Source: Variovorax sp.
Lineage (GTDB): Bacteria > Pseudomonadota > Gammaproteobacteria > Burkholderiales > Burkholderiaceae_C
NCBI GenBank assembly: GCA_031412135.1
Contig: JANOCL010000151.1
Span: 13,206 to 77,205, forward strand
Direction: 5' to 3'
Length of the DNA stretch: 64,000 nucleotides
Position 1 is the stretch's first letter; every line of letters begins with the position of its first letter. A program made the position numbers and the translations under genes. This document shows positions 61,975 to 64,000 of this stretch, one piece after another. Under the pieces are notes generated by a model. That model was not told the DNA's origin. It worked only from the letters and a program-made list of their open reading frames with translations, and searched no databases.

Positions 61975-64000
61975 ATGTCCATTCACGCCGCGCTTCACCA
62001 CGTCACCCACTACAAGTACGACCGGCCGGTGCAATTGGGGCCGCAGGTGATTCGCCTGCGCCCGGCGCCGCATTGCCGCAGCAACGTCATCTCTTATTCG
62101 CTCACGGTCGAGCCCGAGCAGCATTTCGTCAACTGGCAGCAGGACCCGTTCGCCAACTACCTGGCGCGGCTGGTGTTCCCGGAGAAGACGCGCGAGTTCA
62201 AGGTCACGGTCGACCTGGTGGTCGAGATGGCGGTCTACAACCCGTTCGACTTCTTCCTCGAGCCGCAGGCGGAGAACTTTCCGTTCGCCTACACCGAGGC
62301 GCAGGCGCAGGAGCTCGCGCCCTACCTTGCCGCAGACCCGGCCACGCCGCTGGTGCAGGCCTATCTCGACAAGATCGAGCGCAAGACGCAGCGCACCATC
62401 GACTTCCTGGTCGGCATCAACCAGCAGGTGCAGAAGGATGTGGCCTACCTCATCCGCATGGAGCCCGGCGTGCAGACGCCCGAAGAGACGCTCGGCAGCG
62501 GCTCCGGCTCCTGCCGAGATTCGGGCTGGCTGCTGGTGCAATTGCTGCGCCACTGCGGGTTGGCGGCACGCTTCGTCTCGGGCTACCTGATCCAGCTCAC
62601 GCCGGACGTGAAGGCGCTCGACGGCCCGAGCGGAACCACGGTCGACTTCACCGACCTGCATGCCTGGTGCGAGGTCTACCTCCCCGGCGCCGGATGGATC
62701 GGCCTCGACGCGACATCGGGCCTGATGGCGGGCGAAGGCCACATCCCGCTCGCCTGCACGCCGACGCCGTCGAGCGCGGCGCCGATCGAAGGCGTGGTCG
62801 ACGATGCCGAGGTCGAGTTCGGCCACGAGATGGTGGTCACGCGCATCCACGAATCGCCGCGCGTCACCAAGCCCTACACCGATGAACAGTGGGCCGGGGT
62901 GCTGGCGCTCGGCGATGCGGTCGATGCGCGGCTCGCGGCCGGCGACGTGCGCCTCACCATGGGCGGCGAGCCGACCTATGTGGCAACCAGCGACCGCGAC
63001 GCGCCCGAATGGAACACCGACGCCCTCGGCCCGACCAAGCGGGCCTACGCCACCGAGCTGGTCCACAAGCTGCGGGCCGAGTACGGGCGCGGCGGCTTCC
63101 TGCATTTCGGCCAGGGCAAGTGGTATCCGGGCGAGCAGCTGCCGCGCTGGGCGCTGTCGATCTACTGGCGAGCAGACGGCCAGACGCTGTGGCACCGGCC
63201 CGAACTGCTGGCCGACGAGCGCCAGCCGACCCACTACACCAGCGAGGATGCGCGCCGCTTCACCACCACGCTGGCGCAACGGCTCGGGCTGACCGACCGA
63301 TACGTCCAGCCGGGCTACGAGGACACCTTCTACTACCTTTGGCGCGAACGGCGGCTGCCGGTCAACGTCGACCCCTTCGATTCGAAGCTCGACGATGAAC
63401 TGGAACGCGTGCGCCTGCGCCGCGTGTTCACCCAGAAGCTCGATGCGGTGGTCGGCTACATGCTGCCGATAGCAGCCGCGAACGCCGACACCGACGCGCC
63501 CGCGCTGGCCGGCCCCGGATGGAAGACCGGCCCCTGGTTGCTGCGCGACGACCGCATGTACCTGATTCCCGGCGACTCGCCGATGGGCTATCGGCTGCCG
63601 CTCGATTCGCAGCCCTGGGCCAGCAAGGGCGACTATCCGTACCTGGTCGAGCGCGACCCGACCGCGCCGCGCGGCGCATTGCCGGCGTCTGCGGTTTTTC
63701 AGGCCCGCCATGCGGGTGCGCCGGCCGGCAAGCCCGCTGCGGCACAGGACGACCGCGCCACCGTGCCCTACGCGTTCGGCACGCCACAGCAATCGCCGGC
63801 GGCGGTTCGCTTCCAGGCGGAGGCGGGCAACGCGGGCGCCGCACGCAGCGCTGCAGCGCCCGAGCCCGCAACGCGCCATCCGCTGCGCGGCGAATCGGCG
63901 CACTGGGTCACCCGCACCGGGCTCTGCGTGGAGGTGCGCGACCCGCGCCGCGCCAACGGCCCCGCGGCAGAAAAGATCGGCAGTGCGTCGGGCGTGCTCT
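61975..64000 (+). CDS. Large transglutaminase-family protein (N-terminal transglutaminase core plus DUF2126-type extension); continues past the window end
   Basis: My own translation from the ATG at 61975 gives MSIHAALHHVTHYKYDRPVQLGPQVIRLRPAPHCRS... Catalytic Cys in GSGSCRDSGWLLVQLLR. His and Asp in DLHAWCEVYLPGAGWIGLDATSG. The frame is open to 64000, so it is absent from the complete-ORF track. Confidence 0.85.
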   Translation, partial: MSIHAALHHVTHYKYDRPVQLGPQVIRLRPAPHCRSNVISYSLTVEPEQHFVNWQQDPFANYLARLVFPEKTREFKVTVDLVVEMAVYNPFDFFLEPQAENFPFAYTEAQAQELAPYLAADPATPLVQAYLDKIERKTQRTIDFLVGINQQVQKDVAYLIRMEPGVQTPEETLGSGSGSCRDSGWLLVQLLRHCGLAARFVSGYLIQLTPDVKALDGPSGTTVDFTDLHAWCEVYLPGAGWIGLDATSGLMAGEGHIPLACTPTPSSAAPIEGVVDDAEVEFGHEMVVTRIHESPRVTKPYTDEQWAGVLALGDAVDARLAAGDVRLTMGGEPTYVATSDRDAPEWNTDALGPTKRAYATELVHKLRAEYGRGGFLHFGQGKWYPGEQLPRWALSIYWRADGQTLWHRPELLADERQPTHYTSEDARRFTTTLAQRLGLTDRYVQPGYEDTFYYLWRERRLPVNVDPFDSKLDDELERVRLRRVFTQKLDAVVGYMLPIAAANADTDAPALAGPGWKTGPWLLRDDRMYLIPGDSPMGYRLPLDSQPWASKGDYPYLVERDPTAPRGALPASAVFQARHAGAPAGKPAAAQDDRATVPYAFGTPQQSPAAVRFQAEAGNAGAARSAAAPEPATRHPLRGESAHWVTRTGLCVEVRDPRRANGPAAEKIGSASGVL

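Noticed and set aside
1-64000. By-eye scan for tRNA, rRNA, riboswitch, CRISPR, integrase/transposase, toxin-antitoxin or phage-defence genes.
   Set aside because: I recognised nothing in the intergenic regions or the ORF set. A covariance-model scan (tRNAscan-SE, Infernal/Rfam) would be needed to exclude small RNAs formally.

Overview
GC-rich segment (about two-thirds G+C by eye, not computed) that looks like betaproteobacterial chromosome. Four Bug/TctC-type binding proteins plus LysR and IclR regulators suggest Comamonadaceae or Variovorax; that placement is inference only. I support about 57 protein-coding genes. I recognised no rRNA, tRNA, CRISPR array, transposase or integrase. The window is a mosaic of uptake-plus-catabolism modules. 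(1) 1-10.9 kb: a MocR regulator divergent from a SnoaL-like protein, an FAD oxidoreductase, a Dpp/Opp-type peptide ABC transporter, an amidohydrolase and a COG0523 GTPase. (2) 10.9-19.7 kb: LysR-controlled modules, namely a Bug protein with an alpha/beta-hydrolase::SnoaL fusion, and a TauD-type dioxygenase with a Bug protein and an asparaginase. (3) 18.6-29.3 kb: a LacI-controlled polyol or sugar locus with an FAD-linked oxidase, a small Cys-rich protein, an FGGY kinase, a CUT1 ABC transporter, an SDR and a glycerol dehydrogenase. (4) 29.4-39.4 kb: an AraC-linked amide island with an AtzG-like small protein, two amidase-signature enzymes, a Urt/Fmd-type ABC transporter and a formamidase. (5) 39.3-46.9 kb, minus strand: LysR, cupin, DUF1445 hydro-lyase, TRAP transporter, DUF2848-like protein and a third amidase. 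(6) 47.0-50.8 kb: circularly permuted ATP-grasp, alpha-E and DUF418 proteins. (7) 50.9-59.3 kb: an IclR-headed CoA-thioester cluster. (8) ComEC, then the start of a large transglutaminase-fusion protein. Most notable findings: a perfect 57-bp duplication of the alpha-E gene start around a structured 126-bp insert; a 48-bp near-perfect palindromic LacI-type operator with a coupled leader ORF; an AtzG/AtzE-like pair outside any cyanuric-acid context; and a thiolase-like protein that seems to lack the nucleophilic cysteine, next to DUF35 and MaoC partners. All family calls come from motif recognition by eye, with no database search. Many long ORFs in the six-frame track are GC-driven artefacts or N-terminal over-extensions, and I re-set starts where an internal start with operon-style spacing was evident.
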